The notes beneath the pieces were generated by a model. That model searched no databases and was not told the origin of the DNA. It saw only the letters and a list, made by a program, of their open reading frames with translations. The position numbers were made by a program, and so were the translations under genes. Shown one piece after another: positions 42,001-53,436 of a stretch of DNA of 64,000 bases. Origin of the DNA: Adineta vaga (lineage: Eukaryota > Animalia > Rotifera); assembly GCA_021613535.1 (NCBI GenBank), contig CP075496.1:13826001-13890000 (forward strand), read 5' to 3'. Position 1 is the first letter of the stretch. Every line of letters starts with the position of its first letter.

Positions 42001-45000
42001 ATCATTCAATGATCGTCGTGGTTATGCATATCTTTCGATTGATGCTGCATTAGCATCTGATGAAGGTGCTTATGAAATTGTTGCAGAAAATCAACATGGT
42101 GTTGCTCGTCATACAGTTTATCTTTATCTTGCTGATCCACCAATGTTTCTTGAACCATTACAAGACACACGATGTCGAACACATGAAACATTTCGTTTAG
42201 AATGTAAAGTTGATGGTATTCCTTATCCTGAAGTACGATTTTATAAAGATTGGCGTTTATTAACTGATTCTTATCGAACACGTATACGACATATTGAACC
42301 AGATATTTGGCAATTAACAATCTATGGTGCCATTGAAAAAGATACTGGTCTTTATACATGTACAGCAAAGAATATTGCTGGAGCAACATTATCATCTGCA
42401 AATGTTAGTGTTGAAGATAATTTATTGAATATTCCCAGACCAGATTTAGAAAGAACGATGGTAACATTTAAAAAGAAACGATTCGATGAAGATTATGATA
42501 TCTTAGAAAGAATTGAACAGTAAGTCGACGAAATAATCTTGGTCTTTTCAATGAGATTTATTTGCTTTTAGTGGACCTATTTCATCGGTATATCGCGTGA
42601 TTGAACGACGAACAGCAAAAGAACGTATAGCAAAAGTTGTTCATAATCCGAAATATTTCGATTGGCTTCGAAGAGAAATGGAAATGCTTTCTCATTTATA
42701 TGATACAAATATTCCACGATTACATGATGCTTATGAAACTGATAAAATGCTTGCAATTGTTCTCGATAAGTATGTTTAAATCATATTCGAAAGACAGAAG
42801 AAGAAAAAAACCATTGGTTTCTCTTTTTCTCATTTGATTTAGTATCGAAGGAAATGAACTTCTCGATCATCTTCTTAATCGTCGAACTTATACTGAACAT
42901 GATGCATCATTAATCATTCGTAATCTTGTTGAAACATTAAAACATTTGCATTCCAGAAATATTGTTCATCTTGATATCAAAGTAAATTTGATTTCAAAAC
43001 ACTTTCTTACTTATCTTTCTTCTTCTAGCCTGATAATATCTTTATTGATGATCGACATGATCCAACTCATGTACAATTATTAGGTTTTACTAATGCTCGT
43101 CATTTAACGGGCACAACGAATGTTTATGCCGATTATGGTACACCGGAATACGTTGCACCAGAAATTATTCATCGTAATCCAATTTCACTTACAACAGATA
43201 TGTGGAATATGTACGTATTGTTGTTGTCTTTTTTATTAAGATTTGATTTTAATGAACTTATTTTTAGTGGTATTTTAACATATTTATTATTGGGAGGTCA
43301 AACACCATTCCATGGTTCAAACGATTTTGACACTTTACAAAATATTCGTAATGGAAAATGGAAATTTGATGATCATTTTGCAAATATATCACCTGATGCA
43401 AAAGATTTCATAACACGTTTATTGAATCCTGATCAACAAAATCGTTTAACAGCAGAACAAGCATTGAATCATCCATGGTTAAAATATGCTTTACAACAAA
43501 TTGATAAAGTTCCAATTTCATCTGATCGTTTACAAGGAGCTTATTCTAGGCAACTTTATGATGTAAGTTCAATGAAACTTTTCTTTTCTTTTCTTTTCTA
43601 TGTAATTTAATGTTTTTAGCGTGAACATCGACGTACTTCTTCAAGACCATCACGAACAATTAGTGAAATAAGTTCTATGCGAGGTGATCTAGGAGTTCAT
43701 GATGATGATAAAGAACGAGTCTATGATGATCGACATATTCGAGCAAAAGCACGACGAACATCAAGAGGTAAATAGAAATCTTTTGAGGATCTTTCATTCT
43801 TCAAATATCATTTAGAAGTGTCATTTGATGATCATGATCATGGAAGTCATCGTCGTTCATCGATAATCGATGATGAAAACTTAACACCTGGTTCATATCT
43901 TCTTCCAATTTTTGATGCCGATTTTGCCATTCGTATGCGTGGTTATCGTCGATCGAGTTATCAAAATCGTTATACATCCTCCGAATATCTTTATGCACCA
44001 CCAGTTGCTCCTGTCGAACGTCTTCTCGCACGAGATACAGTGAAAGAACGTCTTCATGTTGATGCACAAGGACGACGTCTACGTGGTTGCTCAGCTGTAC
44101 CACATAGTGGTTGTTCAGCATCACGAGAATTAAGTGTTCAACCAGGTGGCACACGAGGAATATCAGCAACACCATCCTTCTATGCACCATATGGACGAAC
44201 AAGTGAATCACCAGCACATGGTTATGGTTTATCAGCGAAATATGGAAGTTCATCACGTTTATCACCATTTCCATCGATTCCTGATGCATCACGTGCACCA
44301 AGTATACCGAGAGAATTTCAAGCACAAGGTTTTATTGAAGATAAACGAGCATCAAGAGGAGAAGGTAATATCAAGACATGTTTCTTATAATATGAAAAAT
44401 TTCTTTGTTCATAGGTTATGCTGCTGTATTCAAAGAAAAATTAATTGATACATCATTTCTTATTGGTGGTACAATTATTTTACGATGTAAAGCTCAAGGA
44501 AATCCCTTTCCACGTATATTCTGGTATCGAAATGATGAATTTATCATTGAAGATGATCGTATACAATTTGCTCAAGGTGAAGATGGACTGTGTACATTAA
44601 CAATAACCCATTGTAAAGCAAGTGATATTGGTATTTATCGTTGTGTTGCACGAAATCTCTATGGTGATGCATCATGTAAAGCAAGATTATTAATCGGAGG
44701 TAAAGAAAAGAAAAGAAAAAAATAAGCATTGACATTCAATTTCTTTTGTTTTTTCAGACGTTCCTGATCGACCACAACGTCCAATTGTAATTGATGTTTC
44801 ATCTACACAAGCCTATCTTGTTTGGAGTTCTCCATTACATGATGGTAATAACGATATCAATGGTTTCCGTGTAGATTATAAAGCACGCGAAGATCTTAAA
44901 TGGACACAATCAACATTTACAATTGAAGAATCTGCTGTAATCAATGGATTAAAATCTTCAACATATTATCGTTTTCGTGTATGTTGTATCAATCGTATGG

Positions 45001-46321
45001 GTATCTCAGCATATTCTTGGGCATCTGAAGAAGTTCGTACATTGGACGAAAATGCTGAAAATAATTTATTATTAACTAAAATTGATCGACAATCAACATA
45101 TCGTTTACTCGAACATCAACATCGTTTAGATGAAAAATCGTCGATTTCAATCGATCATGTTTTACAAGATTACGATAAACAAATTCAAATGAAATCCTTA
45201 GGAGAAAAAACTGTTCTTAAACGTGATCAAAATCCTTGGGATTTATATAAATTAGTTGATGAATTGAATAGTTATGGACGAACATGTGTTATTCGTTGTT
45301 CCGAACGTGCAACGGATAGTATTCGTGTTATAAAAATCACAGATAAACAAGATAATGAAACGGAAGAATTTAGTTTATTAAATCTCATTTCACATGAACA
45401 TATTATAACAATGTTAGATGCATTCTTATGGAAACATTCATTTATTTTAGTTACAAATGATTATATGGAATTATGTGATTGGATTTGTTTAAGACATAAA
45501 TATAATGAAGAATTAATTGTTAAAATTCTCAGACAAATATTTGATGCAATACATTATCTACATTTTCATGGAATTGTTCATTTAAATTTGAATCCATCGA
45601 GTGTTGTCAATGAAAATCGTCTAGCTGTGCATATTAAATTAACAGATTTTAGTTGTGCACAACAAATAGCAACGATCGATGGACATAATATTAATAAAAT
45701 TAATCTTCAACCAAATAAAGAATATTCTGGTAAGATAAAATTAATCGTGGAGATTTATTTAGTTTGATTTCGTTATTTTTTTCAGCACCAGAAATATTGA
45801 ATGGTGAAGCATGTGGTGTACAAGCTGATGTATGGAGTATTGGAGCATTAACAGCGACACTGTAAGAATGAATTGATTAAAAATAAGATGTATTCAATGA
45901 TTTGATTTTTTTTCTATTTTAGTTTAAGTGGATTTTCTCCATTTGCCGGTGAAAATCTTGAAGAAACAATTCAAAATGTTAGTTTTGTTCGATGGGATAC
46001 CTCTGAATTCTATGATGATGTCACACAAGAAGCAGTTATTTTTGTTCAACAATGTTTAAAGAAATCACCCAAGTAAAAAAACCATTTCTTCTTAAATTCG
46101 AATTGATTAAATTTTCGCTTTTTTTTTCAAGAAATCGTTTAACAATTCCGGCTTGTATTGAACATAAATGGTTATCATTAGCAAGTGTTGCTACAAATCG
46201 TCGTGAAAATGCCATATTTTTAACCGAAAAACTTCGAAGATTTGCACATGATTTTCGACAACGATGTCGTGCCCAAACCGAAATTCAACGCGAAACAATT
46301 ATTGAAATATCGAAAAGATAA
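1..46321 (+). CDS. unc-89: Giant multi-exon obscurin/UNC-89-like sarcomeric protein (5'-partial): many Ig domains, elastic E/T-rich and PEVK-like segments, C-terminal FN3/Ig and tandem kinase-like domains
   Basis: Consecutive + strand ORFs join through GT-AG introns into I-set Ig domains (WxKxG...DxGxY). The C-terminus reads FN3 (~41235-41590), Ig-Ig (~41790-42410), kinase (~42480-43480), linker, Ig (~44420-44698), FN3 (~44758-45040), kinase (~45235-46175), stop TAA at 46319-46321, which is the UNC-89/obscurin order. Position 1 is mid-exon. Apparent frame breaks at ~10720-10800 and ~24439. Confidence 0.88.
2830..7310 (+). repeat. Seven A/B Ig doublets (degenerate Trp-less A domain + B domain) in the giant gene
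   Basis: Alternating motifs 'V.EGD.V.L...L.KNG.P...D.G.Y' and 'M.LP.D.F...ETL..EC.F...W.K....D.G.Y.L....L...TP.I.V' in ORFs 785-4201, 4341-4556, 4888-7434 and intervening exons. Confidence 0.75.
8338..13891 (+). repeat. Single ~5.55-kb exon encoding an E/T/V/I/K/P-rich low-complexity segment with ~110-125-aa internal repeats
   Basis: Acceptor tttacag ends at 8337, donor gtaagc at 13892. Recurrent 'TTTEEIIEEQP..PRET.STVEE...ETKPTKDIS.TVEEE...EEQFTEQP' blocks. Confidence 0.85.
14097..23141 (+). repeat. Series of duplicated symmetric exons, each encoding one Ig doublet plus acidic linker
   Basis: Exons 14097-14753, 14831-15523, 15581-16264, 18717-19331, 19610-20302, 20395-21063, 21144-21797 and 22077-23141 all share variants of 'PVHEVEE.STVTLTIEKP...LKS.HLILDTP'. 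Confidence 0.85.
17144..18475 (+). repeat. PEVK-like exon (444 codons) built from ~24-bp/8-aa repeats (KPVEEEKP / QPVEQEQP)
   Basis: Acceptor cag at 17141-17143, donor gtatga at 18476. The translation is almost only P, E, V, K, Q and A. Confidence 0.9.
23398..27835 (+). repeat. Eight tandem 555-bp (185-aa) two-Ig super-repeats within one exon
   Basis: The unit 'KFVK.LK.NKTTL.EGEQL...ADIPKFVKNLTINKKQFD.GETL...PEDHTGTYSVRVKE' recurs every 555 nt. Antisense ORF ends at 24986, 25541, 26096, 26651 and 27206 show the same spacing. Confidence 0.92.
31373..32347 (-). CDS. Intronless rhodopsin-like (class A) 7TM GPCR, nested antisense in intron 31355-32684 of the giant gene
   Basis: 324 aa with seven hydrophobic segments, N-terminal NST sequon, TM3-top Cys (LCNFD), DRY-like SLERT, ECL2 cysteines, TM5 FLLPF, TM6 TICP, TM7 SILIY and C-terminal ...ERTRL. 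Confidence 0.82.
   Translation of the reverse strand: MNSTLSNELLNFYSFRIEHYLLTWLSAVVGMIFLILSLLRYFRYKYQRTHLTYVYHFSLGFSVLLSLISTPLHTLTEYFSSLSPLTSGQQYRLLCNFDLITFFVASAGIGYSLAYASLERTLFIFYSQNIRLTWIRQFTPFLIIFSSCSIIITLFVLLSKCPLETSRCLNCYFNSLTFEFIWFFLQFLLPFSLMILAIIFLLYRIEVHTNRIQSSITRQRSRNKFQRILIHLNIYNIYYMLTICPINIFFFIRNSLQIQGQLIEIILMNYLFISLHCYSILIYILTKVKQPIRIKYQLKEQKPAPYIIITHPSNQIDEYERTRL
42480..43480 (+). other. Kinase-like domain 1 of the giant gene (CAMK/MLCK-like fold, DFG replaced by GFT)
   Basis: Spliced translation gives IAK, HLDIKPDN, VQLLGFTNAR, GTPEYVAPE, DMWNIG, RLTAEQALNHPWL. Confidence 0.85.
45235..46175 (+). other. Kinase-like domain 2 of the giant gene (catalytic loop HLNLNPSS, DFS)
   Basis: Spliced translation gives RVIK, HLNLNPSS, KLTDFSCA, EYSAPE, DVWSIG, SPFAGE, RLTIPACIEHKWL. 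Confidence 0.85.
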
Positions 46322-47700
46322 ATCAACTCGAACATTTATTTAACTTTTTATTTCTCTCTCTCTCTCGTTTTTTTTTGTTACCCATGAACAACCTGACTTA
46401 TTTCATCTCATACAATTGTTGTTTCTCTTTACAAGATCGAAATGTTAGAATGCAATCGACGATGGGAAAAAAGAAGAGGAAAAAAACATGAAGATTGACG
46501 AACCATGGATGGATTTTTCTTCTCTTTTTTCTTTTTTATATTCGACGAGTTTGCTTTTTAATTATCAAATGTGAAAGGTGAACGAAATTATTGAGATGAT
46601 TAAGAAAGAAATATTTATGTAGGATCATTTCTTTGCTCCAAGAGTTTTCTTTTTTTCTTTCTTTCTTTCTTTGTCAATGAAGAATGCTTTGGCTTTGTGT
46701 TGTGTCCTTTCAATTTTTCTTTATCTTATTCAATATCTTTGTTTGTTTTTTCAATGTGCTTGGCGTTTTGTTTCATTGAAATACAAGAAATTCGAGCAAA
46801 TGCCATAACTTTTATTAGAATTTCAATGACAGAAATCATTTGTTTTCGATTGTAACTTGTTAGATAGATGAGTGAATAAGAAAAGTAAATAAGTATACAA
46901 TCGAATACTTATATTTTTGTTGATTGACATCATTCTATCGACTATTTACGAAGAAAACGAACGTTAGAAAAATGCACCTGTCATTCAAATCAAAGAAAAA
47001 GATAAGAAATATGACAAAACTAGATATAAAATTATGAAAAATCGAAATTTCAAGGAGTAATCAATCGTTCATTTGTTCTCCTTCTCTTGGATATGACAAT
47101 GGTGTAATTCTATTTTCAGTTGAAATCAATGTTCAAAAATATGAAACTATCAATAGGATATTTATTTCCTTCTGGTGCATCTTCTATTGACCAAATTTAT
47201 AAATATCAGTCCTATCGAATCTAAAAATGACCTATTATTGCAAAATATTTTTTATTATCGAAAATACGAAATTGACATACGTATAATATGGTTGATGACT
47301 GTAATTACATTTTCTAAAGAAAAATTTACCTTTCTTTATCTTCATTTAACAAGAACGGACATTACAATAACATTGATTCGATGTTTTACTCGTTGTTTAC
47401 ATGACTATTAAGCATATCCTATTTTGAATAAGTAATGAATAAGAAGAAAAAAGTAAGAAACGTCTATCAGATGTTCGTTTTCTACATAATTTAATTTATA
47501 TTGATGCATGACTGCTACTAAATGACTCGATTCAATCAATCAAAAACATCAGTAATCGTTAGTTGAATCATTTTCCAGTCATCATGTTTTTTTTCCTTGT
47601 GAAATTAATCGCGAACAGATAAAAGAGAAAAAAGCCTTATCCGTACATTTAACATACATTATATTATTTACTTTTCTAAGAGTTTACTTCTTTGATTAAA

Positions 47701-50700
47701 ATGGAACTTTTAACATTAGAAGATATTTCTTCGGCTAATTTGAATGAGAAAATCATTCCTGTACCAAAACAACATAAGGATAATGAAAATGATGAATCGG
47801 AAACAATTCCACCTGTTAAGTATGTTTAATTGATGTAATTTTCATTCTATGATACAAATATTTCTTTTATAGAACAAGTCGTTTTCCATATTTATCGCAT
47901 TCATTTAAATTAACGTCTTTATTTTGTTTATTTACAAGTATAATCATGATAAGTGGAATTTTAATTGTTTATTATAAATCACCGAAACCTCCCGGTAAGA
48001 ATTCTTAACGAATCTTCGATATGAAATCAAAATCTTGTTTTTGTATAATTTAGAAAAAGTTTGTCGATATATTCTCAAATCTGAATCTGATGATTCTATT
48101 AGTGATGATTCTCATCCTCATTCTATCGTAACGGGTGATCTTAATCAAGATGGTTTATTAGATTTTGTTGTTGCTAATTCTGGTACACACAATATCGGTA
48201 TATTTTATCGTTCTGATAATGAAATATTTTCTGAACAAACAATTCTTTCAACTGGTTTTGGTTCAATACCATATTCAGTTGCACTTGCTGATCTTAATCA
48301 TGATCAACAATTGGATATTATTGTCGCGAATTTCGGTCATCATAATATTGGTGTTTTTCTTGGAATAAATAATCAAAGTTTTGAAAATCAAAAAACTTTT
48401 CCAATTGGATCGGCTCGTCCACGTTGGATTTCAATTGGTGATTTTAATGACGATACACATTTAGATGTTTCTGTTATTTATTATGGGACGAATTCAGTTG
48501 GAATTCATCTTGGTGATGGAAAAGGAAATTTGTTTTATGAAACTATGTTTTCAACTGGTTATGATTCAAATCCATATGAGATGCTCGTTGTTGATATCAA
48601 TTATGATCATAAACTTGATTTAATTATTGGAAATTATGAAACAAATAACCTTGGAATCTTTTTTGGTTATGGAAATGCATCATTTACATCAGAAATGCTT
48701 ATCAATACCGGAATGAATTCACATCCATGTTCATTAGATATTAAAGATTTAAACAATGATCAGTATCTTGATATTGTTGTAGGTTATTGTGGAATTAATT
48801 CGATTGGAATCTTCTTTGGAGATGAAATTGGTTCATTTTCAAATCAAATGATGTATTCAACTGGAAATTCATCTTCTTCTTCTTCTTCTTCTCGTTCATT
48901 GATTATAGCTGATTTAAATAAAGATCTAAGATTCGATATTATCGTTGCAAATTATGAAACGAAGAATCTATGTGTTTTTCTCGGACAAGTAAATGGAACA
49001 TTTGAAAGCGAAAAAATATTATTCTCGAATGATGATTATTATCCATATAAAATTCTTCAAGGAAATTCCGAAAATGATCAACAAATCGATATTCTCACAA
49101 TCAATTATGATTTCAGTTATATCGATATTATTCGTACATATAAAGATTTCACTTTTTCAAATCAAATAACGTTTCAAACAACTGGTTATGATAGTGATCC
49201 TGAATCACTTGCTTTTGCTGATTTAAATAATGATCAACAAATCGATATGATTGTTGCAAATTATTGGACAAATAATATTGGTATATTTTATGGGTTAAGT
49301 AATGGAATATTTTCGAATCAAAGAACTTATTCAACAGGAAGTGGTAGTGGACCATGTTTTGTTACAACTGCTGATTTAAATAATGATCAACGAATTGATA
49401 TTATTGTTGCAAATTATTGGACGAATAATATCTGTATTTTCTTTGGAAATCAACAAAATTCTTTTGACAGCCGTCAAACGTATTCAACAGCTTCAAATTC
49501 TAATCCATATTTTCTTACGATTGATGATGTAAATAATGATCAACAATTAGATATTATCGTTGCAAATTATGGAACAAATAATATTGGAATATTTCTCGGA
49601 TTTGGTAATAAAACATTCTCGAAACAAATAACGTATTCAACAGGTTCAAGAACATCACCACGTTCGTTGGCGATTGGTGATTTGAATAATGATCGTCAAA
49701 AAGATATCATTGTTCTGCTTTATCGATCGAATAATCTAATGATTTTTCTTGGTTATGGAAATGGAAGTTTTGGGAATTCGAAAACTTATTCAACAGGAAC
49801 TTCATCAAATCCAATATCAATCTCATTAGCAGACATGAATAATGACCATCAATTAGATGTTATTGTAGCCAATTATTTAACAAATAATATCGTTTTATTT
49901 CGTGGATATAATAATGGAACTCTTTCACAATCGTTAACTTATACCATTAAAACTTGTTCTGGGCCGTATTCTTTAGCTAATGGAGATTTTAATCATGATA
50001 ATCAGATCGATATTGTTGTTGTTTGTTATGAGTCAAGTAGTTTTCATGTGTTCTTTGGATATGGAAATGGAAGTTTAGCATTAAATTCAATCGATTATTA
50101 TCTTGATATGAATTCCAAACCATATTTTATCGTTGTTCAGGATTTAAATCGAGACAATCAAACAGATTTAGCTATAGTGAATTATGGTAGAAGTGAAATT
50201 GATATTTATTTCGGATATTCCAATGGAAGTTTTCAAATTAACAATACATATTCAACAAGAGGTTCATCCAAACCACAATCAGTTCTCATTGATGATTTTA
50301 ATAATGATCATCATTTAGATATTGCTGTTGTTAATTATTATAGTTCTTATTTGAATATTTATCTTGGAAATGGAGATGGAACATTTTCAAAACCAACTTT
50401 AACATCAACAGGATCTGATAGTGGACCGTATTCAATTGCAAGTGGAGATTTTAATAATGACACTTATTTAGATATTGCTGTTGCGAATTATGATATGAAT
50501 AATCTTGGGATTTTACTTGGATATGGAAATGGAAGTTTTAGAGATATCATAACTTATTCAACTGGAGATTATTTAGCAGTATTTGACGTGGCTGTTGGCG
50601 ATCTCAATAATGACCATCGATTAGATATTGCTATTGTTAATAACGACGGAGATGATATTGGTCTGTTTTTTGGATATGGTAATGGAACATTTTCTAATCG

Positions 50701-53436
50701 AGTAATTTTATCCATAGGATCTAGTTCTGGACCACGTTCGATTGATATTATTGATTTAAATCATGATATGCATTTAGATTTAGTGATTGTTAATGAATGG
50801 ACTAATGATATCAATATTTTCCTTGGATATGGAAATGGAAGTTTTAAAGATAAAATATCATACTCAAATAGTAAAGGATCAGGCGCTTATTATTCTACAG
50901 TTGTTGATTTAAATAATGATAATCATTTAGATATTATTGTTCTTTTATATTCTAATCGTGGTGCAGTTATTTTTCTTGGTCATGGTGATGGAACATTTCA
51001 TTATGAATCTACATATTCTACTGGTAGTGATTCTGGACCTTATTCATGTACGACTGGTGATTTGAATAATGATACTTACATCGATATTCTTATCAGTGAT
51101 TGTACTAGTGGACAAATTATAATTTTATATGGATTTGGTGATGGACGTTTTTCTGATGAGAAACGATTTTCAACTATTGATAGAACTTGTTTAATTTCAA
51201 TTGCAGTTGCTGACTTGAATTATGACAATCATTTAGATATTGTTGTTGCAAATTTTGACGCTAATAATATTGGAATTCTTTTTGGTTATTCGTACATTAA
51301 TAGTTTCCGTGAAAATAGTTATTTAACGGGATCATCTCCACATCCACGTGCGATTTCTTTCGGAGATTTCAATAACGATAATCAATTCGATATTGTTATT
51401 GCAAATTCACAATCGAATACAATTGGAATACTTTTAGGACATATGAACGGAACTTTTCCAACGCAAACACGATTTTCAACAGGTCTTTTATCAATTCCAA
51501 TATCGACTGACGTTGGTGATTTTAATCATGATCATTTCTTGGATATTGCAGTTGCGAATTCAGCTTCAGAAAATATTGGAGTGTTTTTTGGATACGGAAA
51601 TGGAAGTTTTGAAAGCCAAGAGACTTATTCAACAGGTTCGGGTTCGATTCCTCAATCATTAGTTGTCGGAGATTTTAATAGCGATCAGGTACTTGATATT
51701 GCTGTTGCGGATTCAGCGAACAATGAAATTTCTATACTTCTAAGATATAATAGTGGATCTTTTCGAAAACAAATGTCGTTTCATTTGGGATTAGGTAGTA
51801 CACCGTGGTCTGTGACTGTTGGTGATTTAAATAATGATGGCTTATTAGATTTTGTTGCAATTACGAGTGGTACTGGTTCATTACATATTTATTTGGGATT
51901 AAGTAATGGTTCATTTCAAAATAAAAGTATTTATTCTGTTAATACTGATTGGTATCCATGGCATGTTGTTGTTTGGGATTTGAACAAAGATACTTGTTTA
52001 GATATGATTGTTAGTTATTATTGGTATGATGCTATGGGCATCTTTTTTGGTTTGTGTGATGGTACATTTACTAATCAGACAACTTATTCGACTGGTTCCG
52101 ATTCTGGACCAAACCATTTTGTTGTTATTGATTTAAATAACGATACTTATTTTGATATTGTTGTTGCCAATGGATTTACAGATACTGTTGGAATTCTCTA
52201 TGGAAAAGAGAATGGAACATTTTCGAATATAATTACTTATTCAACTGGAACTTACTCAAATCCAACATCAGTCGGCGTCGCTGATTTGAATAATGATAAT
52301 CAATTAGATCTTGTTGTTGCTAATTTCGGTACAGATGATATTGTTATCTTTTTTAATTTAGGTAATAAGACTTTTTCGAAAATGATTAGTTATTCGGCTG
52401 GTTATCTTACATCACCATCATCAGTTGTTATTGGAGATTTTAATAAAGATAATCATTTAGATATAGCTACTGCTCATTTTACTGCAGATCAAATTGGAAT
52501 CTTTTTCGGATCAACTAATGGAACGTTTTTGAATCAAACAATTCTACCATTGAATAGTGATTCAGGTCCATACTGGTTAAGTCTAGCTGATTTTAATAAT
52601 GACAATCAATTAGATCTGATATATTCGGGCTCTCTTAATGATTCAGTTGGCATTCTTCTTGGATGTTTTAATGGAACATTTTTTAGTCCAATTATATATT
52701 CAACTGGAGAAGATTCTCAACCATTTGTTACTGCTATTGCGGATTTTAATAACGACAGTTATGCTGATTTTATCGTGTGTAATGGTGGTAGGACTCGACA
52801 GATATTTATTATGGAAATCAAAGTGACACATTTTTAAAAGGACCATCTTATTCAACAGGAATATCTTCACAACCAGTATCAATTGATGCCGCTGATTTCA
52901 ATAACGACTCACACCTAGATCTTGTTCTTGTAAATAATTTAACAAATAATTTTATGATTTTATATGGATCTGGTTATGGAACATTTATGAATCATCAAAT
53001 CTATTCAACAGGTAATTTATCTTATCCATCCTCAATTAAAATTGGAGATATAAATCATGATAATCAAGTTGATATCGTGATTATTCATTCAAACATGAAG
53101 ACGATTGGAATCTATCTTAATGATGGTTTTGGAATCTTTCCAAATAAAATTATTTATCCAATGGATATGGATTCTCAATTACAATCAATTATTCTCTTAG
53201 ATTTCAATAATGATTCGTATTTAGATATTGCTGTAAGCAATTCGAAAGCGAGTAGTATTATCGTTTTATTTGGTTATGGAAATGGAAGTTTTCTAAATCA
53301 AATGACATTTCAAACTGGTTTTAAAGCCTACCCATTTGCATTAATTGCTGGTGATATTAATAATGATAATCTAACAGATATTGTTGCGACTAACGATGGC
53401 TATGGAAATATTAATACGATTATGAAAATTTGTTAG
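47701..53436 (+). CDS. Type II membrane protein with 35 FG-GAP/VCBS (integrin-alpha-like beta-propeller) repeats; one frameshift near 52790
   Basis: Exons 47701-47819, 47873-47994 and 48054-53436 splice in frame (MELLTLED...PPVK-TSRFP...LFCLFTSIIMISGILIVYY-KSPKPP-EKVC...). The ~51-aa repeat 'YSTG..S.P..I..GDFNND..LDIVVAN....NIGIF.G.GNG.F' continues in a shifted frame after 52790. Confidence 0.85.

Noticed and set aside
1-46321. Treating the separate + strand ORFs as independent genes, or calling the gene twitchin/titin
   Set aside because: The ORFs join via canonical introns, and there are only two FN3 domains with two kinases, unlike the FN3-rich single-kinase twitchin/titin layout
47175-47411. 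78-aa ORF upstream of the FG-GAP gene
   Set aside because: Non-ATG start, AT-rich intergenic composition and no recognisable motif
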